From positions 13,939-77,938 of the forward strand of contig SVAW01000001.1 of the NCBI GenBank assembly GCA_015059195.1: 64,000 nucleotides of DNA. The letters are read 5' to 3'. Positions 49,395-59,930 of the stretch are shown here, piece after piece. The notes beneath the pieces were generated by a model. It had not been told where the DNA came from. It made no database searches and saw only the letters and a list, made by a program, of their open reading frames with translations. The translations under genes were made by a program, and so were the position numbers. Every line of letters starts with the position of its first letter. The first letter of the stretch is position 1. Origin of the DNA: Bacillota bacterium (GTDB taxonomy: Bacteria > Bacillota_I > Bacilli_A > RF39 > UBA660).

Positions 49395-51986
49395 ATGCAA
49401 AAGATAATTTTAGTAGATGGCAACAATTTATTATTTAGAAGTTATTACGCGACAGCATATAATGGTAATTTTATGAAAAATAGCAAAGGCTTTCCAACCA
49501 ATGCTTTGTTTGGCTTTACTAATATGATAAATAAAATAATTTCAGAAGAAAATCCAACTCATATGATAGTTGCGTTTGATAAAGGAAAAACTTTTAGACA
49601 TGATAAATATGAAACATATAAGGACGGAAGATTAGAAACTCCAAATGAATTAAAACAACAATTTCCAATTGCAAAAGAAATGCTTACACATATGGGAATA
49701 AAGTATTACGAGATAGACAATTATGAAGCAGATGATATATTAGGAACTTTTGCAAAATTTTGTGATTTAGAAGAGGATTTTGTTGGAACAATAATTAGTA
49801 GTGATAAAGATTTATTACAACTCATTTCAACAGATGTTGATATTAAACTTTTAAAACAAAAAGATTATATTAGATATAATGAAGAGAAATTTAGAGAAGA
49901 ATATGGAATTGATCCAATTAGAATTATTGATCTTAAAGCTTTAATGGGAGATCCTTCGGACAATATTCCAGGAGTAAAAGGTGTTGGTGAAAAAACAGCT
50001 TTAAAACTTTTACAACAATATGGAAGCATAGATAATATATATAATAATATTGACTCTATTAAAGGTGCAATTCATGATAAATTAGTAATGGATAAAGAAA
50101 ATGCTTATATGAGTTATGATTTGGCCACTATTGTAAGAGATGTTCCGATGGAAATAAACATAAATGATGTTATTGTAAAAAATAAAGATATAGAAGCGTT
50201 AACTAATTTGTATGAAGATTTAGAGTTTTATTCATTTTTGAAAAAAGAAAAAGAAGTAAAAATAGAAAAAAAAGAAGTAGATGCTAAAATAGTTACCGAT
50301 ATAAAAGAGCTAGATTCTGTGGGTGATTGCGCGATATATTTGGAACTGTTAGGAACTAATTATCACAAGTCAGAAATTTTAGGCATGGGTATCTATAATG
50401 ATGATATAAGTTATTTCGTGCCCTATTCTATTTTAAAACAACAACCCAAAATGTTAACTACTATAAATAAATATACCTATGATTCAAAAAAGGTATTTGT
50501 GTCATTAAAGTGGCATAATATTGATATTGAAAATGTTTCTTTTGATACCATGATTGCGGGGTCATTACTTGATTATAATGTGAAAGATGATATTGCGTAT
50601 CTTGCTAATCAGATGGATTATAATATGGAATTTTATGAAACAGTTTATGGTAAAGGGATAAAAATAAATAGACCTGGTATAGATGTTATTGCAAAAGAAG
50701 CGGTTAATAAGGCAAAATTTATTTTTGAAACGCATCAGGTGTTAACAGAAAAGCTAGAACAAGAAAAAATGACTGAATTATTTGCTGATATTGAATTACC
50801 ACTAGCTACTGTTTTAGGCCAAATGGAATATAATGGGGTATATGTTGATAAAAATGTATTAGTAGAGATGGGCGAAGAAATTAAAATTAAAATTGATTTA
50901 TTAAGCCAACAAATCTATAGCCATGCCGGGTGCGAATTTAATATTTCCTCTCCATATCAACTAGGAGAAATATTATTTGAAAAACTTAATCTGCCACATG
51001 GTAAGAAGAGTCGTCGTGGTTATTCTACAGCAATAGATGTTTTACATAAATTAAGTGGTGAACATCCTATTGTAGATTTAGTCATAGAACATAGAGCATT
51101 AACAAAATTATATTCTACATACATCGAAGGACTTATTGATTGTATTATGCCTGACAATAAAATACACACGATTTATACACAAGTGTTAACTAGAACAGGA
51201 AGACTTTCTTCCATAGAACCTAATCTACAGAATATTCCTATTAGATCAGAATATGGTAAATTAATTAGGAAAGCGTTTATCCCAAGCACTAATTCTGTTA
51301 TTATGAGTGCGGATTATTCTCAAATTGAATTAAGAATTTTAGCTCATATGGCTGATGTGCCAGCACTAAGAGAGGCTTTTATTGAAGGGAAAGATATCCA
51401 CACCAAAACTGCTAGTGATATTTTTCATGTTTCCATAGATTTAGTAAATTCCAATATGAGACGAATTGCTAAAGCAGTAAATTTTGGAATTATTTATGGT
51501 ATTAGTGGGTACGGTCTTTCAGAAAATATCGGGATTACTCCAGGTGAGGCTAAAAAGTTTATCGATGATTATTTGAATACATATCCTGGCATTCAAAAAT
51601 ATATGGATGATACTATTGCCTCTGCACACAAGTATGGTTTTGTACATACAATGTTTAATAGGAAAAGAAATATTCCGGAACTCAATAACGAGAATTATTT
51701 AATTCGTAACACAGGTGAGAGAATTGCCTTAAATACTCCCATTCAAGGAACTAGTGCGGATATTATAAAAAAGGCAATGGTAGAAATTGATAGAATTTTT
51801 AAAGATAAAAATTTAGATTGTAAAATGATTTTACAGGTACACGATGAATTAATATTTGATGTATCTAAGTCAGAAAAGAACGAGGTCGAAAAAATTGTTC
51901 GTGAGGTGATGGAGGGGGTAATTAATCTTTCTGTTCCATTAAAAGTCGATATTGAAAGTGGTGAAAACTGGTATCAGGCCAAATAA
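49395..51986 (+). CDS. polA: DNA polymerase I
   Basis: LVDG, EADD, GDPSDN, TGRLSS, ADYSQIELR, AKAVNFGIIYG, LQVHDEL. Confidence 0.97.
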   Translation: MQKIILVDGNNLLFRSYYATAYNGNFMKNSKGFPTNALFGFTNMINKIISEENPTHMIVAFDKGKTFRHDKYETYKDGRLETPNELKQQFPIAKEMLTHMGIKYYEIDNYEADDILGTFAKFCDLEEDFVGTIISSDKDLLQLISTDVDIKLLKQKDYIRYNEEKFREEYGIDPIRIIDLKALMGDPSDNIPGVKGVGEKTALKLLQQYGSIDNIYNNIDSIKGAIHDKLVMDKENAYMSYDLATIVRDVPMEININDVIVKNKDIEALTNLYEDLEFYSFLKKEKEVKIEKKEVDAKIVTDIKELDSVGDCAIYLELLGTNYHKSEILGMGIYNDDISYFVPYSILKQQPKMLTTINKYTYDSKKVFVSLKWHNIDIENVSFDTMIAGSLLDYNVKDDIAYLANQMDYNMEFYETVYGKGIKINRPGIDVIAKEAVNKAKFIFETHQVLTEKLEQEKMTELFADIELPLATVLGQMEYNGVYVDKNVLVEMGEEIKIKIDLLSQQIYSHAGCEFNISSPYQLGEILFEKLNLPHGKKSRRGYSTAIDVLHKLSGEHPIVDLVIEHRALTKLYSTYIEGLIDCIMPDNKIHTIYTQVLTRTGRLSSIEPNLQNIPIRSEYGKLIRKAFIPSTNSVIMSADYSQIELRILAHMADVPALREAFIEGKDIHTKTASDIFHVSIDLVNSNMRRIAKAVNFGIIYGISGYGLSENIGITPGEAKKFIDDYLNTYPGIQKYMDDTIASAHKYGFVHTMFNRKRNIPELNNENYLIRNTGERIALNTPIQGTSADIIKKAMVEIDRIFKDKNLDCKMILQVHDELIFDVSKSEKNEVEKIVREVMEGVINLSVPLKVDIESGENWYQAK

Positions 51987-51988
51987 AT

Positions 51989-52867
51989 ATGTGTAAAGAA
52001 AATAAAATTATGGTTGTAAGCATGATTGTGAATTTCTTTTTAGCAACAGTAAAAGTTATAGCTGGAATAATAGGAAGTTCAGTCGCGTTAGTTGCTGATG
52101 GAATGCACTCGTTTAGCGATTTAGCAACAGATGTATTTGCTATTCTAGGTACTTTTTTAAGCCATAAACCGGCAGATGATAAGCATCCTTTTGGTCATGG
52201 AAAGTTAGAATACTTAACAAGCATGGGGATTGGTTTAATAATCTTGTTTGTTGGATTTTCAATCATATTTGGAAATGTTAATAATAAAATAATAGTTCCA
52301 AGTAGACTTGTCATAATTATTAGTGTATTTACTATTATTATAAAATTTCTTTTATCGCAGTATGTAATAAAAAAAGGTTATGAATATAACAATAATGTTT
52401 TAATTGCAAGTGGTAAAGAAAGTAATAGTGATGTAATTAGTTCCATTGTTGTTTTAGCATCTGCCATTTTAATGCAGTTTGCTACTACAATTCCTATTTT
52501 TAAATATGCCGATATTACCGCGACTATTATAGTTGGAATATTTATAATTAAAATAGCAATTGAGGTTCTAAGAGAAAATATCAGTACTATAATTGGTGAA
52601 CAAGAAACTGATAGTAAATATTTAGAAGAAATAAAAAATATTATTGTAGAAGATACTAAAATATGTTCTATTGATAAATTAAACTTAATTAAATATGGTT
52701 CATCTTTTGAAGTTATAGGTGAAGTTGGAATGGATGAAAATCTTACTTTAAAAGAAAGTCATGATGTTATAGAACAAATAGAACAGAAATTGAAAAAATT
52801 TGACGAAAGAAATCGATATATTACGATTCATGTCAATCCTTATAATCAAAAAGAAACATCAAAATGA
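51989..52867 (+). CDS. Cation diffusion facilitator family transporter
   Basis: ADGMHSFSD, HPFGHGKLE, IHVNP. Confidence 0.9.
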   Translation: MCKENKIMVVSMIVNFFLATVKVIAGIIGSSVALVADGMHSFSDLATDVFAILGTFLSHKPADDKHPFGHGKLEYLTSMGIGLIILFVGFSIIFGNVNNKIIVPSRLVIIISVFTIIIKFLLSQYVIKKGYEYNNNVLIASGKESNSDVISSIVVLASAILMQFATTIPIFKYADITATIIVGIFIIKIAIEVLRENISTIIGEQETDSKYLEEIKNIIVEDTKICSIDKLNLIKYGSSFEVIGEVGMDENLTLKESHDVIEQIEQKLKKFDERNRYITIHVNPYNQKETSK

Positions 52868-52917
52868 TGTTTTTTTTCTGTGGTAGTGCTATAATAGTTA
52901 AAGAATGGAGGGACGTT

Positions 52918-55227
52918 ATGAACTATAGAACTGATCTTAATAGTGGTTTAAGTTTTGAGCAAGTAGAACTTCGTAAGAAGAAAAAATTAGTTCATTATAA
53001 TTCTGACGTGCCCACTAAAACGTTTGGACAAATAATTACGTCAAATATATTTACTTTATTTAATTTACTAAATCTGTTTTTAGGGTTTCTTGTATTTTTG
53101 GTTGGTTCCTATAAAAATCTATTATTTTTAGGAGTTGTATTTTGTAATACTGCGATTAGTATAATCCAGGAAATTAGAGCTAAATTAGAAATCGACAAAT
53201 TATCGTTAATTTCTGAACAAAAAGTAGATGTAATTCGAGATGGAAAGAAAAAAAGTATTTCTTTAAATGATATAGTGGTTGATGATATTATATCTTATAA
53301 AATAGGAAATCAGATTGTAGTAGACTCTATTATTAGGCAAGGCACAGTGGAAGTCAATGAATCATTTATTACAGGGGAGGCCAACTCCATATTAAAACGC
53401 GTTGGAGATACTTTGTTATCAGGAAGTTTTGTAGTTAGTAGTTGTTGTTTGAGTCAAGTAATACGTGTTGGAGAAGAAAACTATACATCTAAAATATCTA
53501 AAGATGCTAAATATATAAAAAAAATAAATTCCCTACTTTTAAGTTCCCTTAATAAAATAATTAAATTAGTTTCATTCGCGATTATACCGATAGGATTATT
53601 ATTATTTATTAATCAATTTTTAATCATAAAAAATACTTTTGGAGATGTGATAGTAAATGTGGTGGCGGCTTTAATTGCTATGATTCCAGAAGGTTTAGTA
53701 CTGTTAACTAGTACAGTTTTAGCGGTTAGTTCTCTTAGTTTATCACGAAAAAACGTGTTAGTTAGTCAACTTTATTCAATTGAAACTTTGGGTAGAGTAG
53801 ATACCATCTGTTTTGATAAAACTGGTACTTTAACTGAAGGAACCATGGAGGTAAAAGAGTTTATTTCGCTTACTAATAAAAAATATGATCATAGATTAAT
53901 CATGAGTGCAATATGTAATGCTTTCGAATTAGAAAACGAGACTATGACATCTCTTTATAAACATTATGGGTGCAGTAATAAATATAAAGTGGAAGATAAA
54001 ATTCCTTTTTCTTCAGAAAGAAAATATTCTAAAGTGAGGTTTGAACAACTAGGAACTTTTGTCTTAGGGGCGCCGGATATTATTCTAGGAGATAAGATTA
54101 AAGATTATAATATCGATAAATATGTAGATCAGGGGAGAGTATTGCTTCTAGCTGAGGAAAAATATCAACAAGTTTATCCGATTGGATTAATTTTAATAGA
54201 AGATAAAATTAGACCGAATGTTTTAAAAACAATTAATTATCTAAAAAATGAAAAAGTAGATATTAAAATTATTTCGGGTGATAGTCCTAACACCATTTTA
54301 AATATTGCGAAGAGGTTAGGTTTAGGTATCAGTAAAAGAAAGGATGTATCAAAATTATCTGATAAACAGTTGATAGATTGTGTTGAAAAATATAATATCT
54401 TTGGGAGAGTTAATCCTTTTCAAAAAAAACTGATAATAGAGACACTAAAGAAGAATGGTCATACGGTAGCAATGATTGGTGATGGGGTAAATGATGTTTT
54501 AGCTTTAAAAGAAGCCGACTCTAGTGTAGTCTTAAATAGTGGTAGTTCAGCAGCTAGAAATGTTAGTGAAATCGTTTTAATGGATAATAACTTCGATGTT
54601 GTTCCATCAATTATTGAAGAAGGGAGAAAAACTATAAATAATATAGAGCGTTCTTCAAGCCTTTACATTGTTAAAACTGTATATGCAACACTGCTAGCAG
54701 TTATATTTACAATAATTCCTTTAGAATATCCATTTATTCCTATTCAATTAACTCTAACTAGTGCGTTTACTATTGGAATTCCTTCCTTTATTTTGGCTCT
54801 TGAACCAAATAAGGAACCGCTTAGTAAGAATTTCTTAATCAATATATTTGAAAAATCAATTCCTTCTGCTTTTACAATTGTTTTAAATATCTTAATAATT
54901 GTAATTATAGGTAGTTTATTTAATATGCCAGAAGTAGAAATTTCTACCTTATCAGTTATTCTTACTGGTTTTACTGCCTTTTTACACTTATATAGAGTAT
55001 GCAAACCACTAAATCACATAAGAAGAATTTTAATCGTTACATTGATGTTGTTTTTCACATTTGGAATAGTTGGGTTTAAGAATTTATTTTCTCTAACAAT
55101 TTTAAATTTCAAAATGTTAATGATTATATTAGTGTTAATTATTAATACAATTATCTTGTGGAAAATATGTGTTATGATTTTTGACAAACATTTGTCGAAA
55201 TATATACAAAGATTAATTAAAGACTAG
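52918..55227 (+). CDS. P-type cation-translocating ATPase
   Basis: TGE, IPEGL, DKTGT, GDGVND; start behind GGAGG. Confidence 0.92.
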   Translation: MNYRTDLNSGLSFEQVELRKKKKLVHYNSDVPTKTFGQIITSNIFTLFNLLNLFLGFLVFLVGSYKNLLFLGVVFCNTAISIIQEIRAKLEIDKLSLISEQKVDVIRDGKKKSISLNDIVVDDIISYKIGNQIVVDSIIRQGTVEVNESFITGEANSILKRVGDTLLSGSFVVSSCCLSQVIRVGEENYTSKISKDAKYIKKINSLLLSSLNKIIKLVSFAIIPIGLLLFINQFLIIKNTFGDVIVNVVAALIAMIPEGLVLLTSTVLAVSSLSLSRKNVLVSQLYSIETLGRVDTICFDKTGTLTEGTMEVKEFISLTNKKYDHRLIMSAICNAFELENETMTSLYKHYGCSNKYKVEDKIPFSSERKYSKVRFEQLGTFVLGAPDIILGDKIKDYNIDKYVDQGRVLLLAEEKYQQVYPIGLILIEDKIRPNVLKTINYLKNEKVDIKIISGDSPNTILNIAKRLGLGISKRKDVSKLSDKQLIDCVEKYNIFGRVNPFQKKLIIETLKKNGHTVAMIGDGVNDVLALKEADSSVVLNSGSSAARNVSEIVLMDNNFDVVPSIIEEGRKTINNIERSSSLYIVKTVYATLLAVIFTIIPLEYPFIPIQLTLTSAFTIGIPSFILALEPNKEPLSKNFLINIFEKSIPSAFTIVLNILIIVIIGSLFNMPEVEISTLSVILTGFTAFLHLYRVCKPLNHIRRILIVTLMLFFTFGIVGFKNLFSLTILNFKMLMIILVLIINTIILWKICVMIFDKHLSKYIQRLIKD

Positions 55228-55284
55228 TAATTGCTAGTCTTATTTTTGTAAATGTGTTAGAATTATGTTAGGTATGGTGATAAT

Positions 55285-56169
55285 ATGATTAGTATTGTAA
55301 ATATATATACAGCAGTAATATATGGATATTATTTATTCTTTATTGGATTAATCGCGTATTTGTATTGGCACTATAGTAAATCGTATGAACCAGAAAAATT
55401 ATACAATTACACTAATACAATTCCAGCTAAATTAAGCCCGATCGAATTAAGCATATTAGTAAATAATAAAATAACTCCACAAGCATTAACTGCGACAGTA
55501 TACTTTTTAGTTGCGAATAAAGCTTTGATTAAGTCTAAAGAAAAAAAGGAAATATATTTATATCGTAATCTAAATTATAAAGGTAAATTATCGCATTCTC
55601 AAAAATATGTGATTAAGTTATTGATTGATATAATTGGTAATGGGGAGCGAGTGGCTTTTACTAATATCGAGAAATTTTGTGTTAATAATAAAGGAGCCAC
55701 CTCATTTCTGCTTAATTATGAAATATGGAGAAGAATGGCGATATCAGAAGGAAGTAAGAAAAACTTTTTTGAACCCAAAAAACATAAACACTTAGTAAAT
55801 TGGTTCAGTGTTATTGGGCTTGTCTTGTTTTTAATAAATATATTATTTAGTTTAAAAACATTTTTAGGATACTTTTTATTATTACCAGCCCTTTTTATTC
55901 TATATTATTATAGAAAAATCTTTAGAAGAACCAAAAAATATAATGAACAATTTTATCAGTGGTTAGAATTTTCGAGTTATTTAAAAAATATTAAGCAATT
56001 GGGGTTTGAGAAAGAAAACATTCATTTATATTTAATGTATTCAATTGTTTTAGATAAGATTGAATATGTTGAACCACATTTATTAAAAAGTGAAGAATTT
56101 GTCAAATTAAATTCATATATTAAGAAAAGTTATAAGCGTGCATATTTTCACGGCTCTAGAAGTTTATGA
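55285..56169 (+). CDS. DUF2207-like membrane protein (C-terminal type)
   Basis: TM, P..LSP.E, W..F..YL and YL.YS..L patterns. Confidence 0.55.
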   Translation: MISIVNIYTAVIYGYYLFFIGLIAYLYWHYSKSYEPEKLYNYTNTIPAKLSPIELSILVNNKITPQALTATVYFLVANKALIKSKEKKEIYLYRNLNYKGKLSHSQKYVIKLLIDIIGNGERVAFTNIEKFCVNNKGATSFLLNYEIWRRMAISEGSKKNFFEPKKHKHLVNWFSVIGLVLFLINILFSLKTFLGYFLLLPALFILYYYRKIFRRTKKYNEQFYQWLEFSSYLKNIKQLGFEKENIHLYLMYSIVLDKIEYVEPHLLKSEEFVKLNSYIKKSYKRAYFHGSRSL

Positions 56170-56801
56170 AATATAATATAGATGGGATAGATTATAACGT
56201 AGTAGTAGAAAGAAAAAACAACAAGAATTTATACATAAGGGTTAAAGCAGATTTAAGTATTTATGTAACTGCTAACTACTTTATAACAAAAGATGAAATA
56301 ATTAGGGTTTTAGATAATAATGTGGATTATCTAAAGAAAATGATAAAAAAAAGACAAATAGAGGAAGAGAAGGCTAGTCATGTTTATTATTTAGGAGAAC
56401 AATATGATTTGGTTTTTTCAAATGCCTTTAATAACGTAGAGATTGGTTTAGATAAAATATATGCAAGGGATAGTCGGGCATTTGATAAGTGGTATAAACA
56501 AGAAATTAGAGATTTATTTGAAAAACACTTAAAATTAATGTATAATCTTTTTTGTGAAGAAATCAATTTCCCAAAATTAAGAATTAGAAACATGAAGACT
56601 CGTTGGGGAGTTTGTAATGTTAAAACGAAAACTATTACATTGAATTCTAGATTGATCGAATATAAAGTAGAAGCTCTAGATTATGTTATCATTCATGAGC
56701 TTAGTCATTTAATTCATTGTAATCATTCTAAAGAGTTTTGGAATTTGGTAAGCAAATATATACCAAATTATAAAACGTTAAGAGCATATTTAAAGGAGTA
56801 A
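56166..56801 (+). CDS. YgjP/M48-like metallopeptidase family (DUF45)
   Basis: MKTRWGVC, YVIIHELSH, NHS..FW. Confidence 0.9.
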   Translation: MKYNIDGIDYNVVVERKNNKNLYIRVKADLSIYVTANYFITKDEIIRVLDNNVDYLKKMIKKRQIEEEKASHVYYLGEQYDLVFSNAFNNVEIGLDKIYARDSRAFDKWYKQEIRDLFEKHLKLMYNLFCEEINFPKLRIRNMKTRWGVCNVKTKTITLNSRLIEYKVEALDYVIIHELSHLIHCNHSKEFWNLVSKYIPNYKTLRAYLKE

Positions 56802-56804
56802 TAT

Positions 56805-57278
56805 ATGAAAAAGATATTAGTTGGATTATTTACTATATTAGTACTTACAGGATGTACACAGGCAAGCAGTATGCAGATGCAATATAATAAGCAGATGCAA
56901 CAATTATTATCTGTTAATGAGGATAGCGGCTATGTACCTTGCAACATTGAATTAACATACGATAAGATTACGGATGATGAGGTTAGTTATCAGATTGTAT
57001 TTGATAATCCGAAAGAAAACATGAGAAATATCAATATTGTAGTAACTCACGATAAAACAACCACTGATGGTTATCCTAGTATTGGTGTTTTTGATGAAGA
57101 ACCAATAAATTTAAGCACAATTATTGATAGTGATAATCCTAATAAAGGAATAGTTCTAGTTGGGTATTTTGAATATAGTGGTGACCTAAAAGATTTAAAT
57201 GTTACATTTAAAATATCTATTAATTATATTAATGATGCGATTGAAGAAAAGACGGTTTATTATATTCAAAGTATATAA
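56805..57278 (+). CDS. Hypothetical lipoprotein
   Basis: MKK-hydrophobic-LTGC lipobox. Confidence 0.8.
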   Translation: MKKILVGLFTILVLTGCTQASSMQMQYNKQMQQLLSVNEDSGYVPCNIELTYDKITDDEVSYQIVFDNPKENMRNINIVVTHDKTTTDGYPSIGVFDEEPINLSTIIDSDNPNKGIVLVGYFEYSGDLKDLNVTFKISINYINDAIEEKTVYYIQSI

Positions 57279-57327
57279 AACGTCTTTTTTTTTACATTCT
57301 ATCCTATACAATGATTATGGTGATTAG

Positions 57328-57498
57328 ATGAAGGTTAAAATTTTTGATGAAGGACATGAAAAAGATTTGGAAAATGCAGTAAATAATTTTTTAGTAGAGA
57401 AAAAATGTGAGGTTATTGATATTAAATATCAGGTAGCAATTAGTGTTTTTTCTGAAGAACAGGTATTTTGTTTTTCTGCAATGATAATTTATAATTAG
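57328..57498 (+). CDS. cse60: Sporulation protein Cse60 family (not in the ORF track)
   Basis: Hand translation MKVKIFDEGHEKDLENAVNNFL...IDIKYQV...FCFSAMIIYN*; RBS GGTGA. Confidence 0.85.
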   Translation: MKVKIFDEGHEKDLENAVNNFLVEKKCEVIDIKYQVAISVFSEEQVFCFSAMIIYN

Positions 57499-57557
57499 TG
57501 TTTAAAAAATAATTTTTATAATCATTATAAACATAGAATATATAGGAGGATGATAAC

Positions 57558-59885
57558 GTGTTTGGCCAGTTTACTGAAGAAGCTAGAAAAATATTAATAT
57601 CCGCTAAAGAGGAAATGTATAAACTAAAACATCCATATGTTGGTAGTGAGCACATGCTTTTGGCAATTTTAAAAGATAATAATCAGATTTCAAGACGGTT
57701 AAAAGAATATAATTTAACCTACGAACTTTTAAAGCAAGAAATTATTGCTATTATTGGAGAAGGAACAGAAAGCAACAATTGGTTTTTATATACTCCTCTA
57801 CTTAAGAGAATTATGGAAAATGCGGTAATTGACGCAAAAGAAAATAATAATAGCTATGTAACCGTAGAACATCTTTTTACTAATTTATTAGAAGAAGGAG
57901 AAGGGGTTGCGATCCGGATTATGTTAGGGATGAATATTGATTTAGATAAGTTGTATAAAGAATTTTCGTCTAAATTGATTTCTAGTTCAAAATCTAAAAA
58001 AGGTAAAAAGTTATTAATTGATGAATTAGGATATGATTTAACTAAACAGGCATTTGATGGGTTATTGGATCCAGTGATTGGAAGAGATTCAGAGATTCAA
58101 AGACTATTAGAAATACTATGTAGAAGGACCAAGAATAATCCGATTTTGATTGGAGAACCAGGAGTAGGAAAAACTGCAATTGTGGAAGAGTTAAGTAGAA
58201 TGATTGCGTTTGGAGAAGTTCCTGTTCATTTAAAAAATAAGAGAATAATTTGTTTAGATATGGCCACAATGGTAGCCGGGACTAAATATCGTGGTGAATT
58301 TGAAGAGCGCATGAGAAAAATCATAAAAGAAGTAGAAGAAAATGATGAAATTATTTTATTTATCGATGAAATTCATACACTTGTTGGAGCAGGAGGTGCA
58401 GAAGGTGCAATAGATGCCTCTAATATCTTTAAGCCTGCTTTAGCTAGGGGCAAAATAAGATGCATTGGAGCCACTACTACTAGTGAATATAAAAAATATA
58501 TTGAACCTGATGGTGCATTAGAAAGGCGTTTTCAAAAGGTAACGATAGAAACTCCTTGTACAGAGGTGGTTAAAGAAATTTTAATGAAATTAAAGCCGAT
58601 TTATGAAAAATTTCATACAGTCCACATAGGTGATGAAATTATTGAACTAATTGTGGATCTATCAAACAAGTATATTTACGATAGGAATCAACCAGATAAA
58701 GCTATCGACATTTTAGATGAAGTATGTAGTTTTGTAAATTTAAAAGAAAGTGATGACTTAAAAAAATATAAAACCTATAATAAGGAATTGCAGTTAATAA
58801 TAAATAATAAAAATGAGGCAATAGTTCAAAATAATTTTGAGGTTGCAGCTCGCTTTAAATGCATGGAAAAAGAGTTGATGGATAAAATCAATAGGCTAGA
58901 ACTTCTTGTTGTTAAAAACAATGATAAAAAAATAATCAGCAAAGAAGATGTAGCACAAACAATTAGTAGCAAGACTGGAATACCTGTGTTTGAACTTCTA
59001 AATGAAAAAGAAAAAATAATTGTTGAAACAGAAAAGTATTTGCGCGATTGCATTGTTGGGCAGAATCAAGCTATCAAACAATTAACTAATTTAGCTAAAA
59101 GAATAAAATTAGGATTTGCAGATGAAAATAAGTGTACTTCTTTTATGTTTTGTGGCCCTTCTGGTGTTGGGAAAACTGAACTTGCTAAAAATTTTGCAGA
59201 AAAAATGGTGGGTAAAAAAAATACAATACGATTAGATATGAGTGAGTATGCTGAGGCTCATTCTGTGAGTAAAATAATTGGTGCTCCACCAGGATATGTT
59301 GGTTATTCAGATTCTAAAAATGTTTTAGAAGAAGTTAGAAACAAGCCGTATTCGGTAATTATATTAGATGAAATAGAAAAAGCAAATTCTACTATTATAA
59401 ATCTTTTATTTCAAATACTAGATGAAGGCAAAATTAAAGATTCAAAAGGAATTGAAGTAAGATTTGATAACGTTATTATTATTATGACTTCAAATATTGG
59501 TTTTAACGATAAAGCAATCGGTTTTTCTTTTAATAAAGATAGCGTAATCACAGAACGACTTAAAGAATATTTTAGTGTACCGTTTATTAATCGATTAGAC
59601 AGCATTATCTTGTTCGAAGGCTTAGAAAAAGACGATGTAATGGAAATTATTAACCGAAAACTATCCAATTTAAAATGCAAATATAAGAAAAAGGGAATAA
59701 GTGTTAAAATTGGAAAGGACATAGTTGATGATATAGTGAGACAATCTGAGTTTGAATGCTTTGGAGCAAGAAAAATAGATAAAATTATACAAAATAACGT
59801 GGAAAACCAAATTATAGAACATGTAATTAGAGGGAAAAAACATGTAAACATATCAGGTGTAATGGAATCTATGAAAACATCTTAA
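57558..59885 (+). CDS. clpC: ATP-dependent Clp protease ATP-binding subunit, ClpC-like
   Basis: Clp N domains, GEPGVGKT, FIDEIH, GPSGVGKT, GAPPGYVG, LDEIEK. Confidence 0.92.
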   Translation: MFGQFTEEARKILISAKEEMYKLKHPYVGSEHMLLAILKDNNQISRRLKEYNLTYELLKQEIIAIIGEGTESNNWFLYTPLLKRIMENAVIDAKENNNSYVTVEHLFTNLLEEGEGVAIRIMLGMNIDLDKLYKEFSSKLISSSKSKKGKKLLIDELGYDLTKQAFDGLLDPVIGRDSEIQRLLEILCRRTKNNPILIGEPGVGKTAIVEELSRMIAFGEVPVHLKNKRIICLDMATMVAGTKYRGEFEERMRKIIKEVEENDEIILFIDEIHTLVGAGGAEGAIDASNIFKPALARGKIRCIGATTTSEYKKYIEPDGALERRFQKVTIETPCTEVVKEILMKLKPIYEKFHTVHIGDEIIELIVDLSNKYIYDRNQPDKAIDILDEVCSFVNLKESDDLKKYKTYNKELQLIINNKNEAIVQNNFEVAARFKCMEKELMDKINRLELLVVKNNDKKIISKEDVAQTISSKTGIPVFELLNEKEKIIVETEKYLRDCIVGQNQAIKQLTNLAKRIKLGFADENKCTSFMFCGPSGVGKTELAKNFAEKMVGKKNTIRLDMSEYAEAHSVSKIIGAPPGYVGYSDSKNVLEEVRNKPYSVIILDEIEKANSTIINLLFQILDEGKIKDSKGIEVRFDNVIIIMTSNIGFNDKAIGFSFNKDSVITERLKEYFSVPFINRLDSIILFEGLEKDDVMEIINRKLSNLKCKYKKKGISVKIGKDIVDDIVRQSEFECFGARKIDKIIQNNVENQIIEHVIRGKKHVNISGVMESMKTS

Positions 59886-59930
59886 TTGCAAGATGTTTTC
59901 TTTTATGTTAAAATAAAATTAGGTGATAAT

